A stretch of 64,000 nt of DNA from Candidatus Poribacteria bacterium (GCA_965215265.1 OZ244048.1:2688001-2752000); one strand, 5' to 3'; shown: positions 1 to 10,276, counted from the stretch's first letter. The notes: generated by a model not told the origin, from the letters alone. Translations and numbers: made by a program.

Positions 1-1
1 G

Positions 2-403
2 AAGCGCCCGGGCAGAGCCGGGGGTATCGGTATTCCGGACCTGCGCGAGTTCCCGAACTTAGCACCACCGGTACCTGTTACTGCTAAAGCCGGCGCTGTT
101 GCATTCCGTTCCAGTTACTTAATTCACGCCGCCCAACCGTTTGCAAACCGAACCAAACAGCGTGCATGGATGGGATACCACTTCCACCGTGCCGACAACG
201 CCGATTGGTGCAAGACAACACGACCGGTGCCAGACTGGACGAGTCCGAACTACATCAAATTTGTAACGCACACCACGCCCGAAGTACGCTGTGTCCTCGG
301 CTGGCCTCCACCCGGCGATGCTTACTATACAACCGCAGCTTTGGAACGGCTCACGGATGCATACCCAGGTATTAATCTCAAACCTTACACAGAATCAATT
401 TGA
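2..403 (+). CDS. Phytanoyl-CoA dioxygenase (PhyH)-family protein, 5'-partial at the window edge
   Basis: Frame open from base 2: ...PVTAKAGAVAFRSSYLIHAAQPFANRTKQRAWMGYHF..., which fits the PhyH C-terminal 'xAGxVxF...H...R' segment. Confidence 0.7.
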   Translation, partial: KRPGRAGGIGIPDLREFPNLAPPVPVTAKAGAVAFRSSYLIHAAQPFANRTKQRAWMGYHFHRADNADWCKTTRPVPDWTSPNYIKFVTHTTPEVRCVLGWPPPGDAYYTTAALERLTDAYPGINLKPYTESI

Positions 404-404
404 A

Positions 405-2792
405 CTACTCCCTGATAGAACCGAAAAGGACTTCGGCCGCCTCACAGACCGGTTCTGCCCGTGCACTTCCGCAAAGTTCTAAGACGTTTTGCGCGGCGTT
501 TCGCGATAACTCAAAATGCCCCATTCTCAGATAAGCGAGCCCCAGATTGAAGTGTGCCTCTTTAAATTGCGGATCAATTGCCACCGCTCTCTCCAACGGA
601 GGAATAGCTTTCCCGTACTCCTCTCTCTCAATATAGATGAATCCTAAATTACAATACGCTTTTGCAAAATTTGGGTCTATCGCGATGACGTGGTTGAACA
701 TGGCAATCGCTTGGCGAACTCGCTTCTCGTCCAGCAGAGCCAGCGCCTGTCCATAGTACCCTTCCTTAATCTTCGCCAAAAGTTCGTGCGCGTCTCTATA
801 ATTCGGATCAATTTTTAAAGCCTCATTCGCCTTTTTTTGTGCCGGTTCAAACTCGCCATTTCTAAGGTGCGCCTTGCCTCTATCGATATAATGCTTTTTA
901 CGCACGGCCCTTTTGCCGCGTTCGACCGCCTCTGCCCAAGCAGCACGTGCTATTTCCTTCGCCTGTGCCGCTAAGCTCACAGCGTACTCATAATTGCCGG
1001 CTTCCCATGCGTTTTGGGCATACCCTAACAATTTATGGGCATCCTGCATTAATGCAACCGCATGCTTTCCTGCATTGTCTTGTCTTGCCTGTTCTATTTC
1101 TTGCTCCGCTTCCGCAATTGCAAACTCGGCCCGGTTCTTAACCTTTTCTTCTAATTTCTTCTGTGCTGCATCGCGAGTCAGATTCATACGCCCAAGGATT
1201 TCCTGGCTCCCCTTCGTGTTACTGTCCGCGTATTTTTCGTTCGCTTCCTCTACAGTCTTGATTACTAAGCGCCATTTAGAATTCTGACCAGATTCTTCTC
1301 CCCATTCAAGGTAAACTTTGGCGAGTCCATGATAAGCACTGATGGTATATTGACTGTTACTATAAGTCTCAATGAGTCTTTGGAAATGGGTCATTGACTT
1401 TTCCAACGGTGTTAGCCTTCCATCGACTCTCCCTTCGGCTGCAACTTTATAGTGGCAATCCGCTGCCTGATAAAGCGCGTACGGAACAAGATCATTGATT
1501 GGGTTCGTGCGTACAAATTCCTCATATTTCTCGGCGGCCTCCGCAAAACGTTTCAGCGCCAAGAGCGTATTCGCCTCAGTTAAAACTGTGTGTTCAGCAA
1601 TCGCATCTGAATCGTCAGGTTCCTCATGTGTCTGAGACGGCACTAACATCGGGACAAGGTAGGTTTCCTGAATTAACTTATAAATCCTTACCTTCTGATC
1701 ATCATCGGCCGTAGCGTACAAGGCATCCTCATAATGCTGTCGCGCATTTTTATACTCACGTTGTGCTTCATAAATTTTTCCGATGCCGACATAAGCCTCA
1801 ACAACGTAAGGACTGTTCGTGAATTTTTCGATGAGCGCTAAAAATCGTGCGAGTGCCTCATCATCTTTGCCAAGGCGGTGTAAACAGTAAGCCGCTTTGT
1901 ACTCCAACTCTGCCTGGCGTTCTGTCAAATCTGGAAGCACAGCATCGGTACTCAGGCTATCGAAAGCCTGCAGTGCCTTCTCATAATTCTGTTGAGCCTT
2001 CTCATAATCCTGTTGTTTCTCGTAAATCTGCCCTCTGCCGTGGTAAGCATCAGCCACGTAAGGACTGCCTGGAAATGCGGTGATTACGTTTGAAAATCGT
2101 GCGAGTGCCTCATCATCTCTGCCAAGGCGGTGTAAACAGTAAGCCACTTTGTAATCCAACTCTGCCTGGCGTTCTGTCAAACCCACAAGTGCAGCGCCGG
2201 AGGCGAGGTGCTTAAGTATTTGGTAGGCCCCATGATAATCCCCCTCATCCAGTAGCGCTTGAGCATCGTCGAAACGAGATTGCCACATATCAGTCATTCG
2301 TTCAATTACTCCCTCTGCTTCTGCTCTATAGCGGCTGTTCGGAAAATTTTCAAGCAGTTCAGTGAATTTTGCTACTGCGGCCGCGAGTTGTTCTGTTTTG
2401 TACAAAATCTGTGCCCATAGGTAAGTTAATTCTTCCTGATGTTTACGCACGCTTGCTCTCGAAAAAGCGTTTTTTATGTATGCAATTGCTGTCGCGTAGT
2501 GATTCACATCGCCTGATTGCTCTGCGAGTTCATAATAGCAGCGGGCAATTTTATAGTTGACAAGCGTCGTGAAATCTTTGTCAATCACTTCGGTTCTCAC
2601 CCCACGTTTAGTCGATGCTTTGAGTGCCTCACTATACTTAGCAATCGCTTGCTCATAAGCTGCCCGCTGATATAGGTTTTCGGCATCCTCAAAAAGGGTT
2701 TCTACCTTTTTGGAGCTACCGAGTATCAGAGGCGACAATAAGGCAAGTCCCAAAGCAACACCGCCAATAATTCCCCATAATCTCGGATTCAT
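405..2792 (-). CDS. Tetratricopeptide-repeat protein with N-terminal signal/TM anchor
   Basis: 795-aa ORF with a hydrophobic N-terminus, many TPR motifs (AKAYCNLGFIY, EAHFNLGLAY, FPxSxY turns) and an AAGGAG SD. Confidence 0.9.
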   Translation of the reverse strand: MNPRLWGIIGGVALGLALLSPLILGSSKKVETLFEDAENLYQRAAYEQAIAKYSEALKASTKRGVRTEVIDKDFTTLVNYKIARCYYELAEQSGDVNHYATAIAYIKNAFSRASVRKHQEELTYLWAQILYKTEQLAAAVAKFTELLENFPNSRYRAEAEGVIERMTDMWQSRFDDAQALLDEGDYHGAYQILKHLASGAALVGLTERQAELDYKVAYCLHRLGRDDEALARFSNVITAFPGSPYVADAYHGRGQIYEKQQDYEKAQQNYEKALQAFDSLSTDAVLPDLTERQAELEYKAAYCLHRLGKDDEALARFLALIEKFTNSPYVVEAYVGIGKIYEAQREYKNARQHYEDALYATADDDQKVRIYKLIQETYLVPMLVPSQTHEEPDDSDAIAEHTVLTEANTLLALKRFAEAAEKYEEFVRTNPINDLVPYALYQAADCHYKVAAEGRVDGRLTPLEKSMTHFQRLIETYSNSQYTISAYHGLAKVYLEWGEESGQNSKWRLVIKTVEEANEKYADSNTKGSQEILGRMNLTRDAAQKKLEEKVKNRAEFAIAEAEQEIEQARQDNAGKHAVALMQDAHKLLGYAQNAWEAGNYEYAVSLAAQAKEIARAAWAEAVERGKRAVRKKHYIDRGKAHLRNGEFEPAQKKANEALKIDPNYRDAHELLAKIKEGYYGQALALLDEKRVRQAIAMFNHVIAIDPNFAKAYCNLGFIYIEREEYGKAIPPLERAVAIDPQFKEAHFNLGLAYLRMGHFELSRNAAQNVLELCGSARAEPVCEAAEVLFGSIRE
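1841..2181. repeat. Recent intragenic duplication: 89-bp copies at 1841-1929 and 2093-2181, 252-bp period
   Basis: 86/89 nt identical by eye; both copies encode LTERQAEL(D/E)YK(V/A)AYCLHRLG(R/K)DDEALARF. Confidence 0.9.
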
Positions 2793-2960
2793 GGATTTCT
2801 CCTTTGTATCTGTCTCGCTTTATCTAACGTGCGAGGTATCGCACCTTATCCTGAAAAGTCTGATTCAGGCTGCTTTCTAACAAGCAGGGCTGCGGTTTCC
2901 AACTCCACCGCCGCCCCTTTTTAGAGCGCCGCCTACATGCGCTTCCGGAAACCGCCCTCT

Positions 2961-3128
2961 TCACCAGCTGTGCACGCCTGCCGTCGGAGGTCTGAAGCGA
3001 AAGGCGATACGCACATTCCGTGACATGGGCGAAATCCAGACCGTTTCTGCGGAGACATCTTGGGCACCTCCGACACCCAAAACAGCCAGCATACCCGCCA
3101 ACACCATTGAAATCCTTTTATCAAACAT
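2961..3128 (-). CDS. Small putative secreted protein (55 aa)
   Basis: GGAGA SD before ATG 3128; MFDKRISMVLAGMLAVLGVGGAQDVSA looks like a Sec signal peptide. Confidence 0.45.
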   Translation of the reverse strand: MFDKRISMVLAGMLAVLGVGGAQDVSAETVWISPMSRNVRIAFRFRPPTAGVHSW

Positions 3129-3236
3129 CAAAAGTCTCCACATTAAACCGAATGCTAATGTTGAATCTCTTTTGACTCACGGATGTAGGCTCGCGCTCAG
3201 CAGTATGTTTCGATAAACATCGATTTGAACTGTCCT

Positions 3237-4316
3237 CTAAGCCTCACGAGCAAAAGGGTGCTCTCTATTCACAATAGGAAACGGCACACGCTTGCCTGTC
3301 AGTTGAGATTCGTAGGCACCCAAGATCATCTCCAGCGCAGCGAGTGCATCTTCCGCCGCCGAGCGCGGCTTCCGGTCATTCTCAATCGCGTCTATCAGAT
3401 CGCGAATTGCGAGTTCATTACCTTGGGAGAAAGGCGTATCGTCTAAGTCAATCGCTTCCCACTTCTGGTCCGGTGTGGATGGCAGTAAAACCGGATAGGG
3501 GTAGTACATGAGCCGGTTCGCCACATCGCCGCGTAGGGAGAAAATGCCCTTGCTGCCGACTATCTCCATGCCGTATCGTCCTGTGCCGGCCTGCTCACGT
3601 CTTGAGAGAAAAAAGCCGGAAACACCGCTCTTGAAAGCGAAGTAGCTATTGATACAGTCCCCTGCGACAGGACCGACAGGTTCCGTTGGTTGATGTTCAT
3701 CACCAATTCCAACCTCTTTACCGCCTATAGTTACGTGCGACTGCATCCATGCGACATCCCCAACGAAGTAACGCATCAAATTAAAGAGATGCGTTCCGAG
3801 GACTATCATATCCTCACCCCCGCCGCGATGGTCTTGCTTGCCGCTAGCGTAGATGGTCTGTACTGTGCCAATTTTACCTTCATCAAGTAGGCGCTTGATT
3901 GCATGTGTAGCCGGTAAATAGACCGCCTGATGTGCCACTGCAACCTTTAATCCGCGTGCATGCGCCGTTTCCACAATCTTATCTCCATCTGCAAGCGACA
4001 TCGTCATGGGTTTTTCACAGTAAACGTGACAACCCGCCTCTAGGCAAGCGGTTACCATATCAACATGCTCCGGCACCCAGCGTGGACAGACACTGACAAT
4101 GTTCAGTCTTTCTTTCTCCAACATTTCGCGATAATCGGCGTAGCCGCGCAATGCACCAGTATCTGCAACCGCCTTCTCTCTGCCTGCTTCATTAGCGTCG
4201 GCAATCGCGATAAATTCTACATTGTCTAAATTGTTGTAGGCGATATGTAAACCGTGCCCAAAGTTCCCTGCACCGGTATGTCCTATGGCAGCGGCACGAT
4301 AGATGTTTTCATTCAT
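3237..4316 (-). CDS. Gfo/Idh/MocA family oxidoreductase
   Basis: N-terminal Rossmann region, HVYCEKP motif, LGTHLFN; GGAGG SD. Confidence 0.92.
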   Translation of the reverse strand: MNENIYRAAAIGHTGAGNFGHGLHIAYNNLDNVEFIAIADANEAGREKAVADTGALRGYADYREMLEKERLNIVSVCPRWVPEHVDMVTACLEAGCHVYCEKPMTMSLADGDKIVETAHARGLKVAVAHQAVYLPATHAIKRLLDEGKIGTVQTIYASGKQDHRGGGEDMIVLGTHLFNLMRYFVGDVAWMQSHVTIGGKEVGIGDEHQPTEPVGPVAGDCINSYFAFKSGVSGFFLSRREQAGTGRYGMEIVGSKGIFSLRGDVANRLMYYPYPVLLPSTPDQKWEAIDLDDTPFSQGNELAIRDLIDAIENDRKPRSAAEDALAALEMILGAYESQLTGKRVPFPIVNREHPFAREA

Positions 4317-4332
4317 GAAACTTCCTCCGTGA

Positions 4333-5280
4333 TTAGTAGCCTTTTTGTTTGTCGACTACATTAACTAACGGTTTCCCTTCCACATATCGGTGGAGGTTAT
4401 CAATGAAGAGTTGCATCGCGCGCCGTCGGATGTGCTGCGAAGAACCGGCACTGTGCGATGTTAAAATCACGTTAGGTTCCGTCCACAACGGACTCTCTGG
4501 TGGGCACGGCTCGGTGTAGGTTACGTCTAACCCTGCGCCGGCTAACTTCCCGCTGCGAAGTGCAGCTACCAAGGCATCTTCATCAATAACCTTGCCACGA
4601 CTAACGTTAATCACATAACTGGCATCGGGCATTTGATTGAACTGCCCGTGTACTAAGAGTTTGTGCGTTTCAGGGGTGCTCGGACAGCAGACCATCAGGA
4701 CATGAGAACGCGCCATAAAGTCCATCAACCCATCTAACCGTGTAAGATGTGTAACCGCTTTCGGTTTCTCCATGGGCTCGGCATCGGCGGCTATCACTGT
4801 CAATTCAAACGCTTTTGCACGTTCTGCAATCGCCCGGCCAATTCCCCCGAGCCCCAGGATGCCCATCGTCATGCCTGCTAATTCCACACAAGGAACGCGT
4901 TCCCAATGCTGGCTTTTCATGAATTCCAACTGTACTGGAATCTGCCTCGTAAGGGACAAGAGTAAGGCAAACGCGTGCTCAGCAATTTGCGTTCCGTATA
5001 AACCACGGCAGTTAGACAGGATTATGTCACTCGCTTTGAAAGCCGGGTACATGAATCCTTCTACGCCGGCGTGAGGTTGCTGCACCCAACGCAATAACGT
5101 TGCAGCTGGCAGCTCGGATTCTCCAATATGTCCAAATAGAATTTCTACGCCGGCGACATGTGCACGCAACGGTTCACCCGGCGGTAGAAAGTGAATTTCC
5201 ACTTCCGACGGTGCTGCGGTTAACATGCCCTCAATATCCGGTGCTTGCCGGCTTGCTATTAAGACCTTCGGTTTCGGCAT
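4333..5280 (-). CDS. D-2-hydroxyacid dehydrogenase (NAD-binding)
   Basis: GLGGIG, INVSRG, AGLDVTYTEP, TSHSAG motifs. Confidence 0.93.
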   Translation of the reverse strand: MPKPKVLIASRQAPDIEGMLTAAPSEVEIHFLPPGEPLRAHVAGVEILFGHIGESELPAATLLRWVQQPHAGVEGFMYPAFKASDIILSNCRGLYGTQIAEHAFALLLSLTRQIPVQLEFMKSQHWERVPCVELAGMTMGILGLGGIGRAIAERAKAFELTVIAADAEPMEKPKAVTHLTRLDGLMDFMARSHVLMVCCPSTPETHKLLVHGQFNQMPDASYVINVSRGKVIDEDALVAALRSGKLAGAGLDVTYTEPCPPESPLWTEPNVILTSHSAGSSQHIRRRAMQLFIDNLHRYVEGKPLVNVVDKQKGY

Positions 5281-5315
5281 ATACCTTTCCCCTTTTTGGG
5301 TGTAATAAAACTTCG

Positions 5316-5609
5316 CTACCGGCGGCTGCTCAGTATATCCGCCTGCTGTGCCAATTGAAAATCCAATTCGCTGATGCCTCCTGCATCGTGCGTCATGAGG
5401 TCTATCGTCACACGGTTGTAGACGTTAAACCATTCCGGATGGTGATTCATGGACTCGGCGATTAAAGCGAGCTGTGTCATGAAACCGAACGCCGTAACGA
5501 AACTGTCAAATTGGAGTTCTTTGTGCAACTTCCCTTCCTGCACAGTCCAACCCGGCATCTGCTCAAGTTTTTGCTGAATTTCAGATTCTGTCAGTTTTTT
5601 TGCTGCCAT
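5316..5609 (-). CDS. phhB: Pterin-4-alpha-carbinolamine dehydratase
   Basis: [13 protein letters not shown] and [11 protein letters not shown] signatures. Confidence 0.93.
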   Translation of the reverse strand: MAAKKLTESEIQQKLEQMPGWTVQEGKLHKELQFDSFVTAFGFMTQLALIAESMNHHPEWFNVYNRVTIDLMTHDAGGISELDFQLAQQADILSSRR

Positions 5610-5795
5610 TTTCGTTCTCCATCAAAATTTTGGAAAATTATAGTGGAAAATTGAGATAAAATCAAGTTAAAATAATACAGAGGACCGCCTCTCATCATCG
5701 CGGGGCGAAGAACATGTTTCCGGGCGCTTTAGTCGTAACCGTCCGGCGGCATTCACCACAGCGCACTGGTACATCAGATTTGCAAGGAGGAAATT

Positions 5796-7025
5796 ATGGC
5801 AGGTGCAAAAACCCTTTATTTTCCAGAAGTCGGCCCAGAGTGGCAGGACTGGGTACAAGTTGTTAACGTAGGAACAGAAGAGACACGCGTGACAGCTGTA
5901 GCCCGGCACGCCCGCAACGGACAGCCAACGTGGTCCGAGGCGAAAACAATAAGCCCCTTTGAATGCTGGACACCTAGCGTTGAGAGTATCAAAGAGAATT
6001 CCTCAATGCAGTTTAGCGCAGATCAGCCGATTGTGGCTGAACGACACATGCACTCTGAAACGAAGATTCTCGATTTTGTCGGTGCAGCGGAAGAATACGA
6101 AACAGTTGGACAGAGACTCTTCTTCCCTGAGCTGGTCTCCGGGGCGCATGACTGGTTCCGATTCTTAAACGTCGGCGCAGCCGACGCGCATGTGAATCTT
6201 ACTATCCGAAACCGAAACGGAGATGTATTGAGACAGCGGCACCAGGTTATCCAACCGCATTGCTGTTGGGATGCAAATGAAGGTGTGATGGGGAACGTAC
6301 AAGGCACCGTGGAAGTGCAAAGCTCACAGCCGATTGCCGGTGAACGACATTTGCACTATCAGGGTGGAAAGACGTGCGTCGGACAATTCGGACAACTAAT
6401 TTCGGACGCTCCGCGCACACTCTTTTTTCCTGAAGTCGGCCCAGCCTGGGATGACTGGGTAGTTATTGTCAATGTGGGAAACGAACCTGCACGTGTGGAA
6501 ATGATCGCACGTAAAGATGACAACGCCCAATCTTTCTGGAAAAAGTCACATCATCCACTGGAACCTTTCAAGTGGTGGACACCGGATGTGGACGATATCC
6601 AGACAAAATGCTCTGTAGAGGTCAGCAGCGATCAGCCAATTGTCGCCGAACGGCACATGCACAGCGGCACGACTATCATAGATCTGCCTGGTGCATCAAG
6701 AGAAGGCGGGCATATAGGACTTAGACTCTTTTTTCCAGAAGTCGCCGCCGGCGCACGAGACTGGTTCCGCTTTCTCAACGTCGGAGAAGCAGATGCGTTC
6801 GTTAACATCATCATACGTAACCGGAATGGCGATATTCAGAGACAATTGCATCGACAGATAAAACCGCTCTGCTGCACGGACATCGATGAAAAAGCGATGG
6901 GGAGTGTGCGAGGCACGGTCGAGGTGCAAAGCACGCAACCTATCATCGGTGAGAGACACATGCACTATCTGACCGGACACAAAGGCGCAGTCGTCGGACA
7001 ATACGGTGTCGTTATTGGAGAATAG
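5796..7025 (+). CDS. Protein of four ~100-aa beta-sandwich repeats (ASRT/ASRAH- or DUF5719-like)
   Basis: Four L(Y/F)FPE...DW..(VV/FL)NVG...S(A/S/T)(D/-)QPI..ERH(M/L)H units in ABAB order; AAGGAGG SD; no signal peptide. Confidence 0.75.
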   Translation: MAGAKTLYFPEVGPEWQDWVQVVNVGTEETRVTAVARHARNGQPTWSEAKTISPFECWTPSVESIKENSSMQFSADQPIVAERHMHSETKILDFVGAAEEYETVGQRLFFPELVSGAHDWFRFLNVGAADAHVNLTIRNRNGDVLRQRHQVIQPHCCWDANEGVMGNVQGTVEVQSSQPIAGERHLHYQGGKTCVGQFGQLISDAPRTLFFPEVGPAWDDWVVIVNVGNEPARVEMIARKDDNAQSFWKKSHHPLEPFKWWTPDVDDIQTKCSVEVSSDQPIVAERHMHSGTTIIDLPGASREGGHIGLRLFFPEVAAGARDWFRFLNVGEADAFVNIIIRNRNGDIQRQLHRQIKPLCCTDIDEKAMGSVRGTVEVQSTQPIIGERHMHYLTGHKGAVVGQYGVVIGE

Positions 7026-7031
7026 CAAATC

Positions 7032-7778
7032 ATGAATCTAAACGGGAAAATTGCGATTGTGACAGGCGCAGGACAAGGCATCGGGAAAGCCATCGCTACC
7101 AGACTCGCTCATGCCGGCGCTGATGTTGCCATTATTGATGTAAACCTAGCTGCCGCTGAAGAAGTAACACGCCTCATTAACGAATCCGGACACAAAGCAC
7201 TCGCGCTTCAGGCAGATGTTTCGCAGGCAGAAGATATCAATAGGGCTGTCGCACAAGTACTTTCAACTTTTAACCGCGTTGACATTCTTGTTAATAACGC
7301 CGGAATCGCCGGGCGAACGCTCCCATTAACAGACTTAGAGGAAACAGATTGGGATGCCGTGATGAACGTAAATTTAAAGGGCGTTTTTCTCTGCTGTAAA
7401 GCCGTGATTGATACGATGATCGTGCAAGACTACGGACGCATTGTGAATATCGCTTCAATTGCAGGCAAGGAGGGCAATCCTACGTTAATTCCCTACTCAG
7501 TCTCTAAAGCGGGCGTTATCTGTCTGACTAAAGCACTCGCGAAGGAAGTCACGGATTATAACATCCGCGTCAATGCAGTGTCCCCTGCCGTCATAGAGAC
7601 ACCCATTCTTGCTGGCATGGCACAGGCAACCGTCGATTATATGGTGAGTAAGATTCCGTTAGGGCGCGTTGGAAAACCAGAAGAAGTCGCCGCAGTCGTG
7701 AATTTTTTGGCTTCGGATGAGGCGAGTTTTGTGACAGGACAGTGTTACGATGTGAGCGGCGGAAGGGCGACGTACTAA
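7032..7778 (+). CDS. SDR family oxidoreductase (FabG-like)
   Basis: TGAGQGIG, NNAGI, YSVSK (YxxxK). Confidence 0.95.
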   Translation: MNLNGKIAIVTGAGQGIGKAIATRLAHAGADVAIIDVNLAAAEEVTRLINESGHKALALQADVSQAEDINRAVAQVLSTFNRVDILVNNAGIAGRTLPLTDLEETDWDAVMNVNLKGVFLCCKAVIDTMIVQDYGRIVNIASIAGKEGNPTLIPYSVSKAGVICLTKALAKEVTDYNIRVNAVSPAVIETPILAGMAQATVDYMVSKIPLGRVGKPEEVAAVVNFLASDEASFVTGQCYDVSGGRATY

Positions 7779-7784
7779 AGAAAC

Positions 7785-7812
7785 GTCAGGACAGCATCAA
7801 AACTGTCCTGAC
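7785..7812. terminator. Hairpin after the SDR gene
   Basis: GTCAGGACAG-catcaaaa-CTGTCCTGAC, a perfect 10-bp inverted repeat 6 nt after the stop codon. Confidence 0.6.
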
Positions 7813-8050
7813 ATAAACCTATCCCAAATATTCCGCTGCTTTCTGCGACTCACAAGCGTCACTGTGTTGAGAAAATACCAGCATTGTTGTTTTCGACTTA
7901 AATTATCCACACGTTGGAATATCAAGGTGGAAATCACGATAGGTAGTCTCGACTACTTTCACCGTTCGTTAGAAAACTCATGTGCGGAATCAACACGTTT
8001 TCGCACATGATGCATTGCAGCTCTAAACTGCAAATCCTTGGAGGGCTTCG

Positions 8051-8929
8051 TTAAAACCTTATCTCTCGTTCTTCAAATCCTCCCGCAAGCCATTTACGAA
8101 ATGGCTCGATCCGCGTAAAGTCTAGAAGAATTTTTCCCATTAAAACAGGTTCTGTCAGCATAAGCCAAATGAATCTATCATCTGGATGTCTCTCTCTACG
8201 CTCCTCCTGAAGAACTTTGTTTATTTTTTCTCTGTTTGCTTGCTCAATGTCTCGGCTCATTTCTTGAAAATCCGCGTCAAATGCCTCAAAAACTTCTTCG
8301 TTGGCACGCACCCGTTTCATAACCCACTCAGAAGCAACTTTGTTCCCCTGCAGGAGAGGTCCTAAGACTTCATCCTCTACTTCCTCTTCATCTACTCCGT
8401 GATAAACCGCAATTCGGCCAGTTTGGTAGACTTGGTGCAAAAGATGCATAACAGTGAGATCTTCCTCCTTCATTTTTTTCCCAAAGTGTTTTTCTAACAC
8501 AGCCGTGTACATATCGGTTCTTTCAATGCTGAGGGGACTATTCTGAAAAAAGCTTCTATGGTCGTGATGAGGCACCCTAGGGAAGGATTTTCTGAGAAAA
8601 TTTAGATACGGGGCACTTGCACTCATTTCACGGAGTGTCTTGAAATCTTTATCTAAAATCGGAGGTTCAAACAGATGTTGTAACTCTTGAAAAGTCGCAG
8701 CCACCAATTCAGGCACTTCTTCAGGCACTTCTTCAGGCACTTCTTCAGGCACTTCTTCGGATCTGATGTCAACCGGCGTATCTGTTGTTTGTTCATCAGC
8801 AACTTTAGGTTCTATTACGGATTCTGTTTCGTCAGAACACCCGGAAACAAAGCCGATGGTAAAGAAAATTAAAATCACGTAGTATTGATAGGAACGCAGT
8901 AAGAGAGGGGCTCTATTGACTATATTCAT
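8051..8929 (-). CDS. Hypothetical lipoprotein
   Basis: 292 aa; hydrophobic stretch followed by VSGC lipobox; acidic linker. Confidence 0.7.
   Translation of the reverse strand: MNIVNRAPLLLRSYQYYVILIFFTIGFVSGCSDETESVIEPKVADEQTTDTPVDIRSEEVPEEVPEEVPEEVPELVAATFQELQHLFEPPILDKDFKTLREMSASAPYLNFLRKSFPRVPHHDHRSFFQNSPLSIERTDMYTAVLEKHFGKKMKEEDLTVMHLLHQVYQTGRIAVYHGVDEEEVEDEVLGPLLQGNKVASEWVMKRVRANEEVFEAFDADFQEMSRDIEQANREKINKVLQEERRERHPDDRFIWLMLTEPVLMGKILLDFTRIEPFRKWLAGGFEEREIRF
8708..8758. repeat. 12-bp tandem repeat x4 encoding (EEVP)4
   Basis: ttcaggcacttc repeated. Confidence 0.9.
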
Positions 8930-8976
8930 TATCTGTCTTCCTTAACACCGTTCTTTGTAAGTAAAAGGTTATTGTA

Positions 8977-9005
8977 ATTATACCCTATGAAAATGCGTTT
9001 GTCAC
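8977..9005 (-). promoter_or_regulatory. Sigma70-type promoter, copy 1 of a duplicated upstream module (8961-9069)
   Basis: Minus strand GTGACA-17nt-TATAAT. Confidence 0.7.
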
Positions 9006-9153
9006 GTTAATCAAAAAAAATGACGATTTTTGGGAAAAAAGTGCTTCTTTTGGGCATTTTTTTTCACTTGACTTTTGGTAAATTGGCTGGCAGGAGTCAT
9101 CAGCCGAAGTGAGCCACGTTGGCTCGCAACGAGGATAAAAAGCATCACGAGGT

Positions 9154-9942
9154 CTAGTCATCATTATCATTATCGCGTTCATCCCTAAGTTGGTCATTAA
9201 GTTTCTGAAGATGTAAGGCGGCCGCATTCCTTGCCCGACGTTCTGCATCTGTTAGGTGTTTGCCTAACAATCTTTTGAGTTCAAGATGCACATAGGTGTG
9301 AATCTCGGGAATATCCCCGTGATGTATAAGCCATACTTCTTTCATGTGTTCCAGGTATCCTTCCGGATCCTCCTTCATCCATGTCCGTGCATCCCTCTGT
9401 GGTGGAGAAAGAGCCGATGAGATTTCTAACAGTGCTTCTAGGTTGACTTGATTCGGGAAGAGACGGTATATGGCTTCAGAATAAGCGACGGCTTGCTTGA
9501 TTGTGACATTTTTTCCTGGTTTTCGCAGAAACGCTATAACGTAGCGCACCTCGGGAATGTCTCCAAATTGCTTGAGGAGTTGGGCAAAATAATATCTGTT
9601 ATACAACTCGCGGTCCGCTGTCTGGGGCCAATCTGGAGGTGGGTTTATCGCTAACAGTTCGGCAACATCCGCATCTGTGAGCTCCCACAGCTCACCGGTG
9701 GTGCCGGCGGGCCATTTGAATTTTTCCGAGAGAGGGGACTCTTTTGGCTGCCCGGGCGCATCTTCCGAGCCAAGGCTCACGCCTGAATACCACCCGGGCC
9801 CGGGCTCATCTCCCGAGACAAGGCTCACGCTTGAATGCCCGGGCTCATCTCCTGTGTCGCCACATCCGCAAAAAGCAGCTAAGCAGAAGAGATAAACGAA
9901 TATAAAAGAAATAGAGATACCGAAAAAGTTGAGCGTTTTCAT
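9154..9942 (-). CDS. Hypothetical lipoprotein ('GDIPE' repeat family)
   Basis: AAGGAGG SD before ATG 9942; FCGC lipobox; internal repeats QFGDIPEVRYV / HHGDIPEIHTYV. Confidence 0.7.
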   Translation of the reverse strand: MKTLNFFGISISFIFVYLFCLAAFCGCGDTGDEPGHSSVSLVSGDEPGPGWYSGVSLGSEDAPGQPKESPLSEKFKWPAGTTGELWELTDADVAELLAINPPPDWPQTADRELYNRYYFAQLLKQFGDIPEVRYVIAFLRKPGKNVTIKQAVAYSEAIYRLFPNQVNLEALLEISSALSPPQRDARTWMKEDPEGYLEHMKEVWLIHHGDIPEIHTYVHLELKRLLGKHLTDAERRARNAAALHLQKLNDQLRDERDNDNDD

Positions 9943-9952
9943 GAAGTCCTCC

Positions 9953-10276
9953 TTATTTCGCCCCCATTGTTGCACCTAATGCTTTTAGCTTATAGAATTC
10001 TTCGAGGGCTTTTTTATTTTTATCATTCCGAAAGAGATGATAGTTTGCTTCAAGGTAGTCTTCCATTTGACGAAGCGTTTGCGGCACACCTTTTGCAACG
10101 TTTAAATTGTATTCGCCAACAGTATGAACTTCTGGAATGTCTCCAAATTGCTTGAGGAGTTGGGCGTAAAAATACTCGGCGCGCAACTCGATATTTTCTG
10201 TTTTGTACCAGTCTCGAGGTGGATAGGTATCCTCAGCAGCGTCAGGCAATTCACGTTCTGGATCCGTTGTGAGGCG
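9953..10276 (-). pseudogene. 5'-truncated paralogue of 9154-9942
   Basis: Shares PPxDW and AQLLKQFGDIPEV...EAxYxLF with the downstream gene; the frame is closed by a TAG at about 10279 and has no signal peptide. Confidence 0.6.

Noticed and set aside
7830-8045. Several short hairpins between convergent genes as an ncRNA
   Set aside because: Stems are short and compatible with terminators or chance; no known RNA motif recognised
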